A DNA stretch of 64,000 bases from an archaeon (GCA_018653485.1 JABHZE010000001.1:68603-132602), one strand, 5' to 3'. Positions 17,908-27,612 are shown, counted from the stretch's first letter. Translations and numbers: made by a program. The notes: a model not told the origin generated them from the letters alone.

Positions 17908-18114
17908 TTAAAAAATTAAAAGATCTGTTTCTGGAATTTTTCCAATTAAAGGTTTTTTGTTAGGATAATTTTTTTTAACCCCTTCCATTAACTCTCCAAA
18001 AGATTTATTTTCTAAGACAACAGAGTTATCAATTATTGCAATCCATTTCCCAGAATATTTCATCAAATCCTCCTCAGATAATGATTCAAAATTAGAATTT
18101 ATTTGTTGTAACAT
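17908..18114 (-). CDS. Small DUF5678-like protein paired with the aspartyl protease
   Basis: 68 aa. GKWIAIIDNSVVLENKSFGELMEGVKKNYPNKKPLIGKIP resembles the small partner often found next to archaeal retropepsin-like genes. Its stop is 1 nt from the next ATG. Confidence 0.5.
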   Translation of the reverse strand: MLQQINSNFESLSEEDLMKYSGKWIAIIDNSVVLENKSFGELMEGVKKNYPNKKPLIGKIPETDLLIF

Positions 18115-18238
18115 TTTGAATAATAATAGAGAGTTACTAATCTATTTAAAACTTGCCCCTCACAACTAAAACAACCCCAATCCCCACCACCAAAATAACC
18201 AACCCCAATAATAAAATCACACCCACCACACCAAAAAC

Positions 18239-18487
18239 CTAACTATAAGTATCCCGATAAACATAGGGTAAATCCAACTCAGAAATAATATGCTTAACCC
18301 ATTCTACAGTATGATCATCTGAAGGGGCACCTGCTAAAAAAGAATCTCTCGCCCCATTTGTACCAGTAGAAGAACCAAGGAATACGTAGTTTTGTCCCAC
18401 TAATGCTTTTTCTAATGCTCCTGCTTTTGTTGGAGTTATTTTCTTTTTATTTCCTTTAGAATTCAATTGAAATCTGTGATAAATCAT
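18239..18487 (-). CDS. Hypothetical protein
   Basis: 82-aa ORF with ATTTAAAT about 28 nt upstream of the ATG (18512-18519). No recognisable motif. Confidence 0.4.
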   Translation of the reverse strand: MIYHRFQLNSKGNKKKITPTKAGALEKALVGQNYVFLGSSTGTNGARDSFLAGAPSDDHTVEWVKHIISELDLPYVYRDTYS

Positions 18488-18620
18488 AAAGAAAGACTTA
18501 ATAAAAAATATTTAAATATTTATATTCTTCAATATACAAAACTATTCTCCACTCCTCCCACCAAAATTTCCACAACCCCAAAACCCTTAAATACCTCCAA
18601 CCCCCCCTTAAACCATCAAA

Positions 18621-19343
18621 ATGTCACAAGACAATCTAGAAAATCTAATGGGAAACCAACCACGTTTTGGAATATCTAGAAGAGGATTCATAGGAACAGG
18701 TTTAGCACTTTTAGGAGGACTTACTGCAGGATCACTCACAGCAAATTACATCTCTAATTCTCAAGAAAATACTCAAACAGAAGAATATACTTATGAAAGA
18801 TTTTATGAATCATTTTCAACAAGCAAGGAACTTGAAGGACAAACATTAACAGAAGAGCAAAAATTAGAATTAAAAGAGACATGGAATAAATGTTCCCCAA
18901 GTTTAAGAAAAACTGCATGTTATTTTGCAGAAAATATGGATAAAGATGATGATGGAAAATGCCTAGAATTTCTTGAAAAGGAATACACTTTTAGAAGATT
19001 TGTACAAAGTCTTGGAGAAGAAAGAACAAGTAAAATAGATATGAGAAGATTAAGAAAAGATTGGGATGAAAATTATTCAGTTACTATCAGGGCAGGATTA
19101 TGTGAAACTTATGAGGGTGGTTTTAATGAATTAACCGACACAAAATTATTCAGAGGCATAGATAATATAGATGTTAAAGCTGTTCAAGAAGAATGGAACA
19201 ATGAAAAGGCATGGAAACTTGAATATACTCCTAACGGAGAAATCTCTGAAGAAGATAAAATATTCTTTTATTTAATGGAAAAATTAGGGCCTGACTTTCT
19301 AAAAAACGGAATAGATCTGGGATTTGGTCTCAAGATGTATTAA
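18621..19343 (+). CDS. Acidic exported or anchored protein with a twin-arginine-like signal (paralog 1)
   Basis: 240 aa. N-terminus GISRRGFIGTGLALLGGLTAGS (SRRxF plus h-region). Shares its first ~25 nt and the SN(S/P)QENTQ(T/P)EEYT(Y/F)E block with the next gene. Confidence 0.6.
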   Translation: MSQDNLENLMGNQPRFGISRRGFIGTGLALLGGLTAGSLTANYISNSQENTQTEEYTYERFYESFSTSKELEGQTLTEEQKLELKETWNKCSPSLRKTACYFAENMDKDDDGKCLEFLEKEYTFRRFVQSLGEERTSKIDMRRLRKDWDENYSVTIRAGLCETYEGGFNELTDTKLFRGIDNIDVKAVQEEWNNEKAWKLEYTPNGEISEEDKIFFYLMEKLGPDFLKNGIDLGFGLKMY

Positions 19344-19358
19344 AAACAAATTAATAAA

Positions 19359-20006
19359 ATGACACAAGACAATCTAGAAAACCGAACACAAGAACAACTT
19401 CAACCAAAAATATCCAGAAGAAGTTTCTTTGTTGGAATGGGTTTAGCAACACTAACAGGATTTACTGCAGGAGCAGGGGCAGTAAGTTATTTCTCAAATC
19501 CTCAAGAAAACACTCAACCAGAAGAATATACTTTTGAAAAAGCTTATGATTTAATGGCAGAAGAAGGAGAAGAAAAATTCAATCAATTAACAGAAGAAGA
19601 AAAACAAAAAGCAGAAGAATTCTGGAATCAATTATCTCCATCTAGAAAAAGAATTTTAGAATTATCTACAGATGATAACTACACCCCTCAATTAAATGAA
19701 TTTAAAAAAGCATTAGGCCCAGAAAGATTAAAAGATGTCTCTGAAGAAAAATTAGAAGAAGCATGGGCAGATTATAATAAATATACAAAAACAACTGCAA
19801 TTGAAGCCTATAGTTATTCTGATGAAACAATAAAAAAAGAATATCCTTTAGATAGATTGGAAATGATAGCAAAAGAATTAAACACCCGTACTCCAGAACC
19901 TAACCAAGCCCATAGTAGTTTTGAATTAACTAATGATGCTATTCCTTGGATAGAGCTAGGTTATTGGACAGCAAGAGATGCATTATTTTTCTCAATACTC
20001 CCTTAA
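19359..20006 (+). CDS. Acidic exported or anchored protein with a twin-arginine-like signal (paralog 2)
   Basis: 215 aa. KISRRSFFVGMGLATLTGFTAGAGA. Tandem paralog of 18621-19343. Confidence 0.6.
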   Translation: MTQDNLENRTQEQLQPKISRRSFFVGMGLATLTGFTAGAGAVSYFSNPQENTQPEEYTFEKAYDLMAEEGEEKFNQLTEEEKQKAEEFWNQLSPSRKRILELSTDDNYTPQLNEFKKALGPERLKDVSEEKLEEAWADYNKYTKTTAIEAYSYSDETIKKEYPLDRLEMIAKELNTRTPEPNQAHSSFELTNDAIPWIELGYWTARDALFFSILP

Positions 20007-20027
20007 TTTTAAATATTTCTTTACTAA

Positions 20028-20558
20028 CTAATCCCTATCATCCCCAAATTCTGGTTTCCAACACTTTCCTTTCCCACCATCCTCACCGTCTCCTCCATCA
20101 TCATCATCATCTCCACAACCATCACCAAAACAACCCCCACAACCAATACCATAATCACCACCCCTATTACCACCACCATCCCACCCCCATAAATCCTTCC
20201 CAACATCACCACACCTATAACCACTCCCCTCATCACCTCTCTCACCACTATCTTCTCCACTCCTCCCACCTCGCCCAACAAACCTCATCACCTTCTCCAA
20301 CTTATCTGCCTTTTCTCTCAACCCATCAATATCAAACCATGTTTCTGCTTCAAGCCTTTCAACATCAGGCACACGAATAAAACATCTTGAAGCTTTATTA
20401 TTTCCAGAATTTAAAACAAAAGAAGAACCATCCAAATTTATACAATCCCATCCCTCATCAACCTTACTAACATAACAAATATCCTCAACACCTTTTAATC
20501 CATGATAAAACCCTTCAACAAATTCATTCCCATCATAATCTAAATATTCAACAGCCAT
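20028..20558 (-). CDS. Hypothetical protein with a Gly/Asp/Cys-rich low-complexity C-terminal tail
   Basis: 176-aa ORF. Ordered N-terminal half, then GRGGRSGEDSGERGDEGSG...GIGCGGCFGDGCGDDDDDGGDGEDGGKGKC. It is the longest of three overlapping ORFs and is contiguous with the next minus-strand gene (1-nt gap). Confidence 0.5.
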   Translation of the reverse strand: MAVEYLDYDGNEFVEGFYHGLKGVEDICYVSKVDEGWDCINLDGSSFVLNSGNNKASRCFIRVPDVERLEAETWFDIDGLREKADKLEKVMRFVGRGGRSGEDSGERGDEGSGYRCGDVGKDLWGWDGGGNRGGDYGIGCGGCFGDGCGDDDDDGGDGEDGGKGKCWKPEFGDDRD

Positions 20559-20559
20559 T

Positions 20560-21387
20560 TTACTTATTTATCCTATCACCCCTCAACACCTCATCAGCAT
20601 CTTTAACCTTCTTAACTCCTTTATACACCAAATTCCCCACAGCCCCTGCAACAACTCCCCCTAAAGCACAATAACCCATATGAGCCCAAAATTCAGGGTC
20701 AGAAGGAATATTAGATTCAAGTACCCAATTAGGAGTAATATTCTTTGCCTGAGCAATATGAGTCCCTGCAATTCCTGTTAAAGCAGAAGCAGTTGTAACA
20801 ACTCTTTCATATTGTTTTTTCCCAATCATTTTACTAAAAGCATAAGCTCCAATCATTATTCCAGCAATACCTCCAGAATCCAAGCCAGGAGTCAAACCTT
20901 CTCTATTTCTAAAAGCATCCTCTCCAAAAGCAGTTTCTCCAAAATAAACACATAACGGAGCAATCCCTACAATTCCTGAAAAATAACCTAATAAACTCCC
21001 CCCAGAAATACCTAAAGTTTGCTTCAAAACATTTTCTTTTACAGGATCAAAATCACCCTTAATTCCTTGCCTTTCTAAAAATTCTTTATCCAAAGACATT
21101 TCATAAAGAACTTTATTTCTCTTAATATCTTTTTTAATTCTTTTCACAACTTTTTTAACTTTTCCACCAACAAAATCCTTTCCTTTAATCAAAGCATGAT
21201 ATCCTAAAATAACAGAACCAGTAAGAATTCCAGCAGTAACACCAGTTTCAAAATTATCTGAAAAATCTACAAGTTGAGTCAAACCTCCTGCAACAAAATA
21301 ACCAGTAAAACCACCCAAACCCCCACCAACAACACCAACACCAACATCAAACTTTCCTTCTTCCTCAAGATTATTTTCAAGACTCAT
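20560..21387 (-). CDS. Gly-rich multi-pass membrane protein
   Basis: 275 aa with several glycine-zipper-like hydrophobic segments (VGVVGGGLGGFTGYFVAGGL; GGIAGIMIGAYAF; ALGGVVAGAVGNLV). Confidence 0.55.
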   Translation of the reverse strand: MSLENNLEEEGKFDVGVGVVGGGLGGFTGYFVAGGLTQLVDFSDNFETGVTAGILTGSVILGYHALIKGKDFVGGKVKKVVKRIKKDIKRNKVLYEMSLDKEFLERQGIKGDFDPVKENVLKQTLGISGGSLLGYFSGIVGIAPLCVYFGETAFGEDAFRNREGLTPGLDSGGIAGIMIGAYAFSKMIGKKQYERVVTTASALTGIAGTHIAQAKNITPNWVLESNIPSDPEFWAHMGYCALGGVVAGAVGNLVYKGVKKVKDADEVLRGDRINK

Positions 21388-21445
21388 TACAAATAAAACA
21401 AATAATCTTGAGTTATAAATATTTATATGATAAAAGCAAACATAA

Positions 21446-21733
21446 TTAATAACGTTTTCTATGAAGGACTTTTTTTAATAATTCTGGATTCCATATATAA
21501 GTAATAATTCCATCTTCATTAATTATTATTTTATTAATCTCTTCAAGATAGTCTAAGATTGTAGAATAAGTTGGCCACATTATTTTTTTAGGAAGCTTCT
21601 CCCAAATTTGTGTTTTTTTAAATTCTCCACTATTTTCCTTTATAGTTTTTTCTACAATATTTACAGTTTCTAAGGTAGGAGATCTAAACATTCTTACAAT
21701 TTTTTTATTTCCTTCAATTAATTGAGTTTCCAT
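21446..21733 (-). CDS. Small winged-helix-like protein
   Basis: 95-aa ORF. The pattern IVEKTIKENSGEFKKTQIWEKLPKKIMWPTYSTILDYLEE resembles small archaeal wHTH proteins. Weak call. Confidence 0.4.
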   Translation of the reverse strand: METQLIEGNKKIVRMFRSPTLETVNIVEKTIKENSGEFKKTQIWEKLPKKIMWPTYSTILDYLEEINKIIINEDGIITYIWNPELLKKVLHRKRY

Positions 21734-21803
21734 GCTTACCTATCAATTGATAGGTTTATATATCTTTCCCTAACTCAAACAAAAACTCTCAACCCCCAAC
21801 AAC

Positions 21804-23003
21804 CTAACCCTTCTTAACCTCAATTATATCTTTAACCTTAAAAGATGTTAAAAATAATAAAAACATAAATCCTCCAAATAATAAAAATAAAAATTTAAAA
21901 GGCAGAAAAATTAATAAGACTGAACCAAAAATCTTTCCTATAAGCTGTCCACTATTAATAGCAGTATTATAAGGCCCATAAAATCTGCATTTATCTCTTT
22001 TATTTAAAATATCTAAGAAATAAGATTCTGTTGTTGACTCTAACATAGCCATACCAATACTCGCTAAAATTAATAAACTAAGTATAATATATATATTTGA
22101 AACAAAAAAACAACTAAAAGCCATAACAGAAACAATAAGATACCCAACTTTAAACATTTTCTTAAAACCATGTTTTCCAGCCCATTTAGCAAAAACATAT
22201 TCAAACAAAATTAATGGAACTGCTATTCCAAATAAAAAATACCCAACCCATAATTCACTTAAATGTGAACGAATAATCATTAAAGGTATAAATAAATAAA
22301 TTAAAACCCACCATAAATTTACCCCCCCGCCTAACACATAAGCTAAAACCCTATTTCTATCTTTAAAAAACTCAATAAAATTCTTAAGAAAATTATTATG
22401 ATTCCCTTTAATTTTATCCTCAGAACTTTTTATTTCTGAAACATTAAAAATAATTAAACCAATTAATAAAAACAAAGCACTTAAAACAAAAACCCAACTC
22501 ACTCCAAATTCAGATGCAACAAAACCTGCAATTAAAGGTCCAAGAACCCATGCAACATTTCTAAAAGTATAAACAACTCCCTCATTACTTGAAACCTCAT
22601 TATCCTTAGAATTATCCCTAATAATTATTCCAAAACTAGTAATTCTTAATGTAAAAAGAATAGTAATTATAACTGCTAAGATTATAAAAAAATAAAAATT
22701 ATGATTAATAGCAAAAAGAAGATAAGAAATTATAAAGAAAAATATTGTATAAGAAAAAATCTTCACTTTATTTGATTTTTCAATAACAGGTATAAATAAA
22801 AAATAAGCAATAAATGAAATCAATGTAAGAGCAGCAGATAAAATTCCCACAAAAACAATACTTCCAAAAAAACTATCCATATAAATTGCCCAAATAGTAT
22901 TAACATATGCAGCAGATAATGATATAATTAATCCAACAATAGAAAGTTTAGCAATATTAGTAAAATCATACCCCCCTCTTTGTTTCCTAACTAAAATCCC
23001 CAT
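21804..23003 (-). CDS. MFS-type transporter
   Basis: 399 aa, about 10-12 predicted TM helices in two halves separated by a charged loop (SEIKSSEDKIKGNHNNF). Confidence 0.6.
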   Translation of the reverse strand: MGILVRKQRGGYDFTNIAKLSIVGLIISLSAAYVNTIWAIYMDSFFGSIVFVGILSAALTLISFIAYFLFIPVIEKSNKVKIFSYTIFFFIISYLLFAINHNFYFFIILAVIITILFTLRITSFGIIIRDNSKDNEVSSNEGVVYTFRNVAWVLGPLIAGFVASEFGVSWVFVLSALFLLIGLIIFNVSEIKSSEDKIKGNHNNFLKNFIEFFKDRNRVLAYVLGGGVNLWWVLIYLFIPLMIIRSHLSELWVGYFLFGIAVPLILFEYVFAKWAGKHGFKKMFKVGYLIVSVMAFSCFFVSNIYIILSLLILASIGMAMLESTTESYFLDILNKRDKCRFYGPYNTAINSGQLIGKIFGSVLLIFLPFKFLFLLFGGFMFLLFLTSFKVKDIIEVKKG

Positions 23004-23066
23004 AATTTAATAGAATATCTAGACTTAAAAACATTGACTTGTCAAAAACCAACTAAATCAAACTCA

Positions 23067-23492
23067 CTAATCACTAATCTTCTCACCAGTAATTTGACAA
23101 TATAATCCATCTGCCTTTCTTTTAGGTTCACCTAAAACAAAAATACCCAAGGGCCAAGAATAATAAACAGTATTTTTATGACCTGCTTCATCTGTGAAAT
23201 CAAACATTGTTACACCTTGTTCCTTTCTTATTTCTTTTCCATATTTATCTTTTGGAAATACTCGTGAAAGCTCTTTATCATGACATGTGTTTGCCCCATA
23301 AAACCCCATATCTTCAGTAACAACCAATTTTGCTAATCTAGTTTTCAATACTCCTTCAGCACTATTAACTAAACCCTGAAGAGATATTCTTGCTCGTTCT
23401 AAATTTTTTTTAAGACCTTTAACTTCTCCATCCCCACTAATTATTGCATTTATTATTTCATAATCAACAGGTTTTTGTTCTTGTTCAACCAT
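23067..23492 (-). CDS. Hypothetical protein
   Basis: 141-aa ORF. TATTTAAA lies about 24 nt upstream of the ATG. No motif recognised. Confidence 0.5.
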   Translation of the reverse strand: MVEQEQKPVDYEIINAIISGDGEVKGLKKNLERARISLQGLVNSAEGVLKTRLAKLVVTEDMGFYGANTCHDKELSRVFPKDKYGKEIRKEQGVTMFDFTDEAGHKNTVYYSWPLGIFVLGEPKRKADGLYCQITGEKISD

Positions 23493-23555
23493 CTAAAAAC
23501 TATAAAAAAATACTATTTAAAGAAATATGTAATTAAAATATATAATAAAAAAATA

Positions 23556-24266
23556 CTAATCAACCTTAGGCAACTCTAAATACTCTTCACCAACCCTAAC
23601 ACCTTTCCTAAAATCAAGAAACTCTGCAATCCCTTTTGCAACATTCCTCAAATCTTCTAATTCATCAATTTCCAACATACCTTCACACACTCCAGGATGA
23701 ACAACAACCTGTTCAAGTTCCCTTCCACATAAAATAAAATTCCCTGCAGCTCTTTGCCCTAAATACTCAAAATTAGTATCCCTACTCTTTCCAGTAGGGT
23801 CTTCCCCAATTCCTAGTCTAGCTAAAATAAATTTATTTGCCTGAACATAAATTTTTGGATCTGAAACAGCACCAACAACTCCATGCCTATTCTCATCAGC
23901 ATAAACCCCTAGATGAACAGTTTTTACACTTTCAGAAAAATATAATCCATTTCCATTAAGTTCTTGAAAATATTTAGAAACAGCAGAGTCTAATTCTGTA
24001 TCTACCATAATCCTTAAATCAAACCTTCTCTCTCCAGATTCAATAATAGGAGCTCTACCTAATGAGTGCTTTTTTATCAATCTTTGTTCACAAGGTTGAG
24101 GAAGTATTTTACCTTCTACTCCTCCTGTTCTTTCATTAGTTAACAAAATTGGATCAAAAAAACTACTCCCCTTTTCATCTAATCTAAAACCTGATTCCTC
24201 AAGATAATCTCTAAGTTTCTTATCCTCGCCTTCAACAAAACCATACTCCACAAATTTCTTTCTCAT
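23556..24266 (-). CDS. Hypothetical protein
   Basis: 236-aa ORF in the higher-GC composition class. No motif recognised. Confidence 0.5.
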   Translation of the reverse strand: MRKKFVEYGFVEGEDKKLRDYLEESGFRLDEKGSSFFDPILLTNERTGGVEGKILPQPCEQRLIKKHSLGRAPIIESGERRFDLRIMVDTELDSAVSKYFQELNGNGLYFSESVKTVHLGVYADENRHGVVGAVSDPKIYVQANKFILARLGIGEDPTGKSRDTNFEYLGQRAAGNFILCGRELEQVVVHPGVCEGMLEIDELEDLRNVAKGIAEFLDFRKGVRVGEEYLELPKVD

Positions 24267-24354
24267 AAAAATTACTTATTTTCATCATTTAAAAGTATTG
24301 TTATAAAGGATAATAACTATAGACTATCACTTCAACCCCTCTTAACAAAACCCA

Positions 24355-25581
24355 TCACTTCAAATCAACTCTTCCACTCTCACCCATCTGTTTCTGCAAC
24401 CTCTCAAAAACAGGAGTCGTCCCATTAACAACAAAATGCAAAGCACTTCCACCACCAGTAGAAAAATTATCATAATCAACTTCCTTAGCACTATCTCCAC
24501 CTAAAACAATTCCCTGAACACCAGAAGACTTCATTCTTTCAACAACCTCATTTGTAACTCCTTCCATTCCAGAACCATGCAAATCAGGAGTTCCAGCTAA
24601 AATAATTCTTCCACCTTCTTCAACAACCCTATCCAAAGCCCTTCCAGCATTAGAAGGTAAAAAATAACTAACAATCATATGACTCTCAGGAACACATTGA
24701 ACATTAATATTAACATTTTTAAAATCTCTATAACCTCTCTCACTTTTTCTAGCAACAATAACCTTATTAGGAACATAAATCTCACAATCATTAGTCCTTT
24801 GTTTCTGAACCTCCACTAAAATCTCCTTAACCCTTTCAACAACCGTTTCATCAACTTCACCCATATAACTTCCTCCAATCTCCCTTCCCTGAGCTTTCAA
24901 AATAGCATTTAAAACAACTCCTCCAGGAATTATTGCATCATAAGTTTTTACAAAACCTTCTAAACCAACACTAATTTTCTCTTTCTTCACCCCACCTAAA
25001 ACAGCAACAGAAAAATCCTTAGATTTCCCAGACCATTCATTTAATTTTCTCATCTCCTCTAACTGACTTTCACAAAGATAACCCTCAGAATAATTTAAAA
25101 TTCCAAAATTAGAAGCATTTTCTCTATGAGCTTTTCCAAAACCACCAATAGCAACTCTATCACCTAATCTTGCAAATTGTTTTGCAAGTTCATCATCATT
25201 TTTTTCCTCACCTTCATAAGAACGAGTCCCCATAATTGAAATCATACCACTACCTAAATCATCACTAAATTTAACTGCAGTATCCAAAGAACTCCAAAAA
25301 AAACATTGCACCCTATGTCCATCAATATCTAATTTTTTTACAAGATAATCCCTAGCAGGTTTCAAACTTTCAGTATTTCCATATCTTCCCTTTGAAGTCA
25401 AAAGAGTTACCTTTGCACCCCTATCAACTAAAAACCTTAAATCTTCAATCTCACTATCAATCCTAGGACACCCCTGCCCCTCAACAATATCTGCATTAAA
25501 GTCAGCAACATAAACCCATCTATCTCCTACCCTAACATCTGCATCTCTTCTCAAATGCCTAACACTATTCAAATCTACCAT
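24355..25581 (-). CDS. pgk: Phosphoglycerate kinase (divergent, archaeal-type length)
   Basis: 408 aa. VADFNADI (cf. RVDFNVP), GGFGKAHRENAS (cf. DAFGxAHR), VLGGVKKEKISV (cf. GGAKVSDKI), GIVLGGDS and FSTGGGSALHFV (cf. STGGGA). Confidence 0.7.
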   Translation of the reverse strand: MVDLNSVRHLRRDADVRVGDRWVYVADFNADIVEGQGCPRIDSEIEDLRFLVDRGAKVTLLTSKGRYGNTESLKPARDYLVKKLDIDGHRVQCFFWSSLDTAVKFSDDLGSGMISIMGTRSYEGEEKNDDELAKQFARLGDRVAIGGFGKAHRENASNFGILNYSEGYLCESQLEEMRKLNEWSGKSKDFSVAVLGGVKKEKISVGLEGFVKTYDAIIPGGVVLNAILKAQGREIGGSYMGEVDETVVERVKEILVEVQKQRTNDCEIYVPNKVIVARKSERGYRDFKNVNINVQCVPESHMIVSYFLPSNAGRALDRVVEEGGRIILAGTPDLHGSGMEGVTNEVVERMKSSGVQGIVLGGDSAKEVDYDNFSTGGGSALHFVVNGTTPVFERLQKQMGESGRVDLK

Positions 25582-25738
25582 AAATTAACTCACAAAAATT
25601 CATTAATAAGCATTATCAATATTTAGTATATAGGTGAAATAATCCTACTTCATCCGATAAAAACAACAACCCTTCTTAAAAAAATAAAACATCAAACAAC
25701 AATAATTCTTAAAAACCCTAAAAACATAAAAAAACAAC

Positions 25739-26194
25739 ATGAACAACTATGAATTTATGGAATTAGTAGAAAAGAAAATATTAGACGCTAAAGGTAGGGC
25801 ATTTCATTTAGGAGAAATAGATTCAGGTTATCACACTCTTATATCTTCAGACCCAAAAACAGATGAAGGAATAATGCGCCTTTTTTCAGAAACTAAAGCA
25901 TCACCATTTACTCTTGTAAACTGGGGGATTGAATTAGTTTTACCTGATTTTGAAAATATTCAAAATTTTAACTTAGATTATTTAAATCATCATGGAAAGA
26001 AAAGAGGATTTGTCTCCTTAAGTTTTATTGCAAGCTTTGAACCTAATTATAGATTAACTTCAGATGACTTTCAAACAGTTACAGACGTACCTATTAATAA
26101 AAGAACTAAAAAGCGTTCAATTCCAGACCTTCAAGGACTATCCTTAGAAGAAGCATTACCTAAATTATTTCATACAATTTATAAAAGAAAATAA
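25739..26194 (+). CDS. Hypothetical protein, tandem paralog A
   Basis: 151 aa. Shares overall architecture with 26216-26689, including W(G)IE(L/I) and V(T)xVPIN(K/Q) blocks, plus an identical 19-nt segment ending in the ATG. Confidence 0.55.
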   Translation: MNNYEFMELVEKKILDAKGRAFHLGEIDSGYHTLISSDPKTDEGIMRLFSETKASPFTLVNWGIELVLPDFENIQNFNLDYLNHHGKKRGFVSLSFIASFEPNYRLTSDDFQTVTDVPINKRTKKRSIPDLQGLSLEEALPKLFHTIYKRK

Positions 26195-26215
26195 ATCAAA
26201 ACATAAAAAAACAAC

Positions 26216-26689
26216 ATGCACCCACAACAATTTGATGATTTAGTTAGAAAAGCAATAGTTAAACATTCTGGAAAACAATTACCAGATAATCATAAAAATG
26301 CAGAATATAATTTATTTCTTACACGAGAAGATAAAAAAGGTAAAAAATTATTATTAAGAACTTATTCCTCACTTCATGAATTTGGAATAGATTTAGAATG
26401 GGGAATTGAAATTATTTCACCAATCCCTCCAACAATTTCCCTTGCTACTCCAAATTATTTTTTTCAAGATGTAGAACAAAGAGCATTCATAGCCTTGCAA
26501 AATCAATCTTTTCCTTGCACAGACACTTTTAAATTATTATCAGAAAACTTAGAACATGTAACAAGAGTTCCAATAAATCAAAAAGCACATTATTTAGAAA
26601 AAAGAGAATATAGAATGCCAGAGGTTAATGGTAAAACATTAGAAAAAGCAACAGAAATTATCCTTAGAAGATTTTATAGAGGTAAGTAA
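26216..26689 (+). CDS. Hypothetical protein, tandem paralog B
   Basis: 157 aa. Paralog of 25739-26194. Confidence 0.55.
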   Translation: MHPQQFDDLVRKAIVKHSGKQLPDNHKNAEYNLFLTREDKKGKKLLLRTYSSLHEFGIDLEWGIEIISPIPPTISLATPNYFFQDVEQRAFIALQNQSFPCTDTFKLLSENLEHVTRVPINQKAHYLEKREYRMPEVNGKTLEKATEIILRRFYRGK

Positions 26690-26806
26690 CCACAATAATT
26701 TTTAAAAATAAATTTCCTCAAAAATACTCCACAACCTCTCAAACCTCCTCCAAAATATCATCTCCCCTTAAAATACATCTCTTCAAATATCCTCAAAAAA
26801 CAAAAT

Positions 26807-27454
26807 TTATTCCTCTTTAGGCTCACTAGCTAAAAAAGCCCACCAAGGTTTTCCAACCTTAATAACTTCTCCACTCTCCGCATCTACTTGCGCTCTAACT
26901 TTCATCCTAGCTTTAAACAATCCAAAAACCCTAGAATCTCTCTCCCTCTCAACTTCATAAGCTAATCTTGAATTTTCACCACTTCCAACTTCTTTTAATT
27001 CAATCATACATCCCTCAGTCTCAACACAATTTTTTAATCTTAATCTTTCCAATGCTTTTTCAGAAGCAACATTAGGCATAACTTTAACCTCTGCATTTCT
27101 TCCATTATTTAATTTAACCTTTAATTTAGTTTTATTCTGAACTCTTTCCTGAGTCAAGTTACAATCACAATCAACACCAACACCACCAACCTCTAATCTT
27201 AATTGTTTATTCTCTTTTTCCTGAATCATTATTCTCTCACCCCTCTCACCAGTATATTCTCCAGCCCTAATCCTCATTCCAAAATCAGCATAATATTCAT
27301 CACTATCTTCCACTAACCCTTGTCCAGAATCATCACTACCATTACCTTCAGAACCATTATCACTCTCACCAGAACCATTTCCTTCAGCAACAACTAAACT
27401 AACTCCTAAAACTAAAAACATTCCTACAAATAAAAACAACATCACCTTTTTCAT
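26807..27454 (-). CDS. Secreted protein with a PepSY-like C-terminal module
   Basis: 215 aa. Signal peptide MLFLFVGMFLVLGVSLVVAEG, a G/S/D/N-rich linker, and C-terminal VDAESGEVIKVGKPWWAFL, typical of archaeal PepSY-like ends. Confidence 0.5.
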   Translation of the reverse strand: MKKVMLFLFVGMFLVLGVSLVVAEGNGSGESDNGSEGNGSDDSGQGLVEDSDEYYADFGMRIRAGEYTGERGERIMIQEKENKQLRLEVGGVGVDCDCNLTQERVQNKTKLKVKLNNGRNAEVKVMPNVASEKALERLRLKNCVETEGCMIELKEVGSGENSRLAYEVERERDSRVFGLFKARMKVRAQVDAESGEVIKVGKPWWAFLASEPKEE

Positions 27455-27561
27455 ATTACTACTAAAATTAAATACTATTTAAATGTTTTTGGGAAATGGA
27501 ACTGTCCGAAAAGAATTAATTTAATCTAACTTTCTAAATTTACATTTCTTCTCACTTATAA

Positions 27562-27577
27562 ATAGGGGGAGAAAAAT
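27562..27577. repeat. 16-bp arm ATAGGGGGAGAAAAAT, perfect inverted copy of 27896-27911
   Basis: Base-by-base reverse complement of ATTTTTCTCCCCCTAT at 27896-27911. The two arms bracket the 63-aa membrane-protein gene. Confidence 0.7.
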
Positions 27578-27612
27578 TAAATTACTGAAAAATTAGAAAA
27601 ATATTAAAAAAT

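Noticed and set aside
19946-20380. 144-aa His/Pro-rich plus-strand ORF, and the 85-aa minus ORF 20024-20281
   Set aside because: These are shadow frames of the low-complexity Gly/Asp/Cys tail of 20028-20558. There is no promoter or start context, and the plus ORF begins inside the 3' end of gene 19359-20006.
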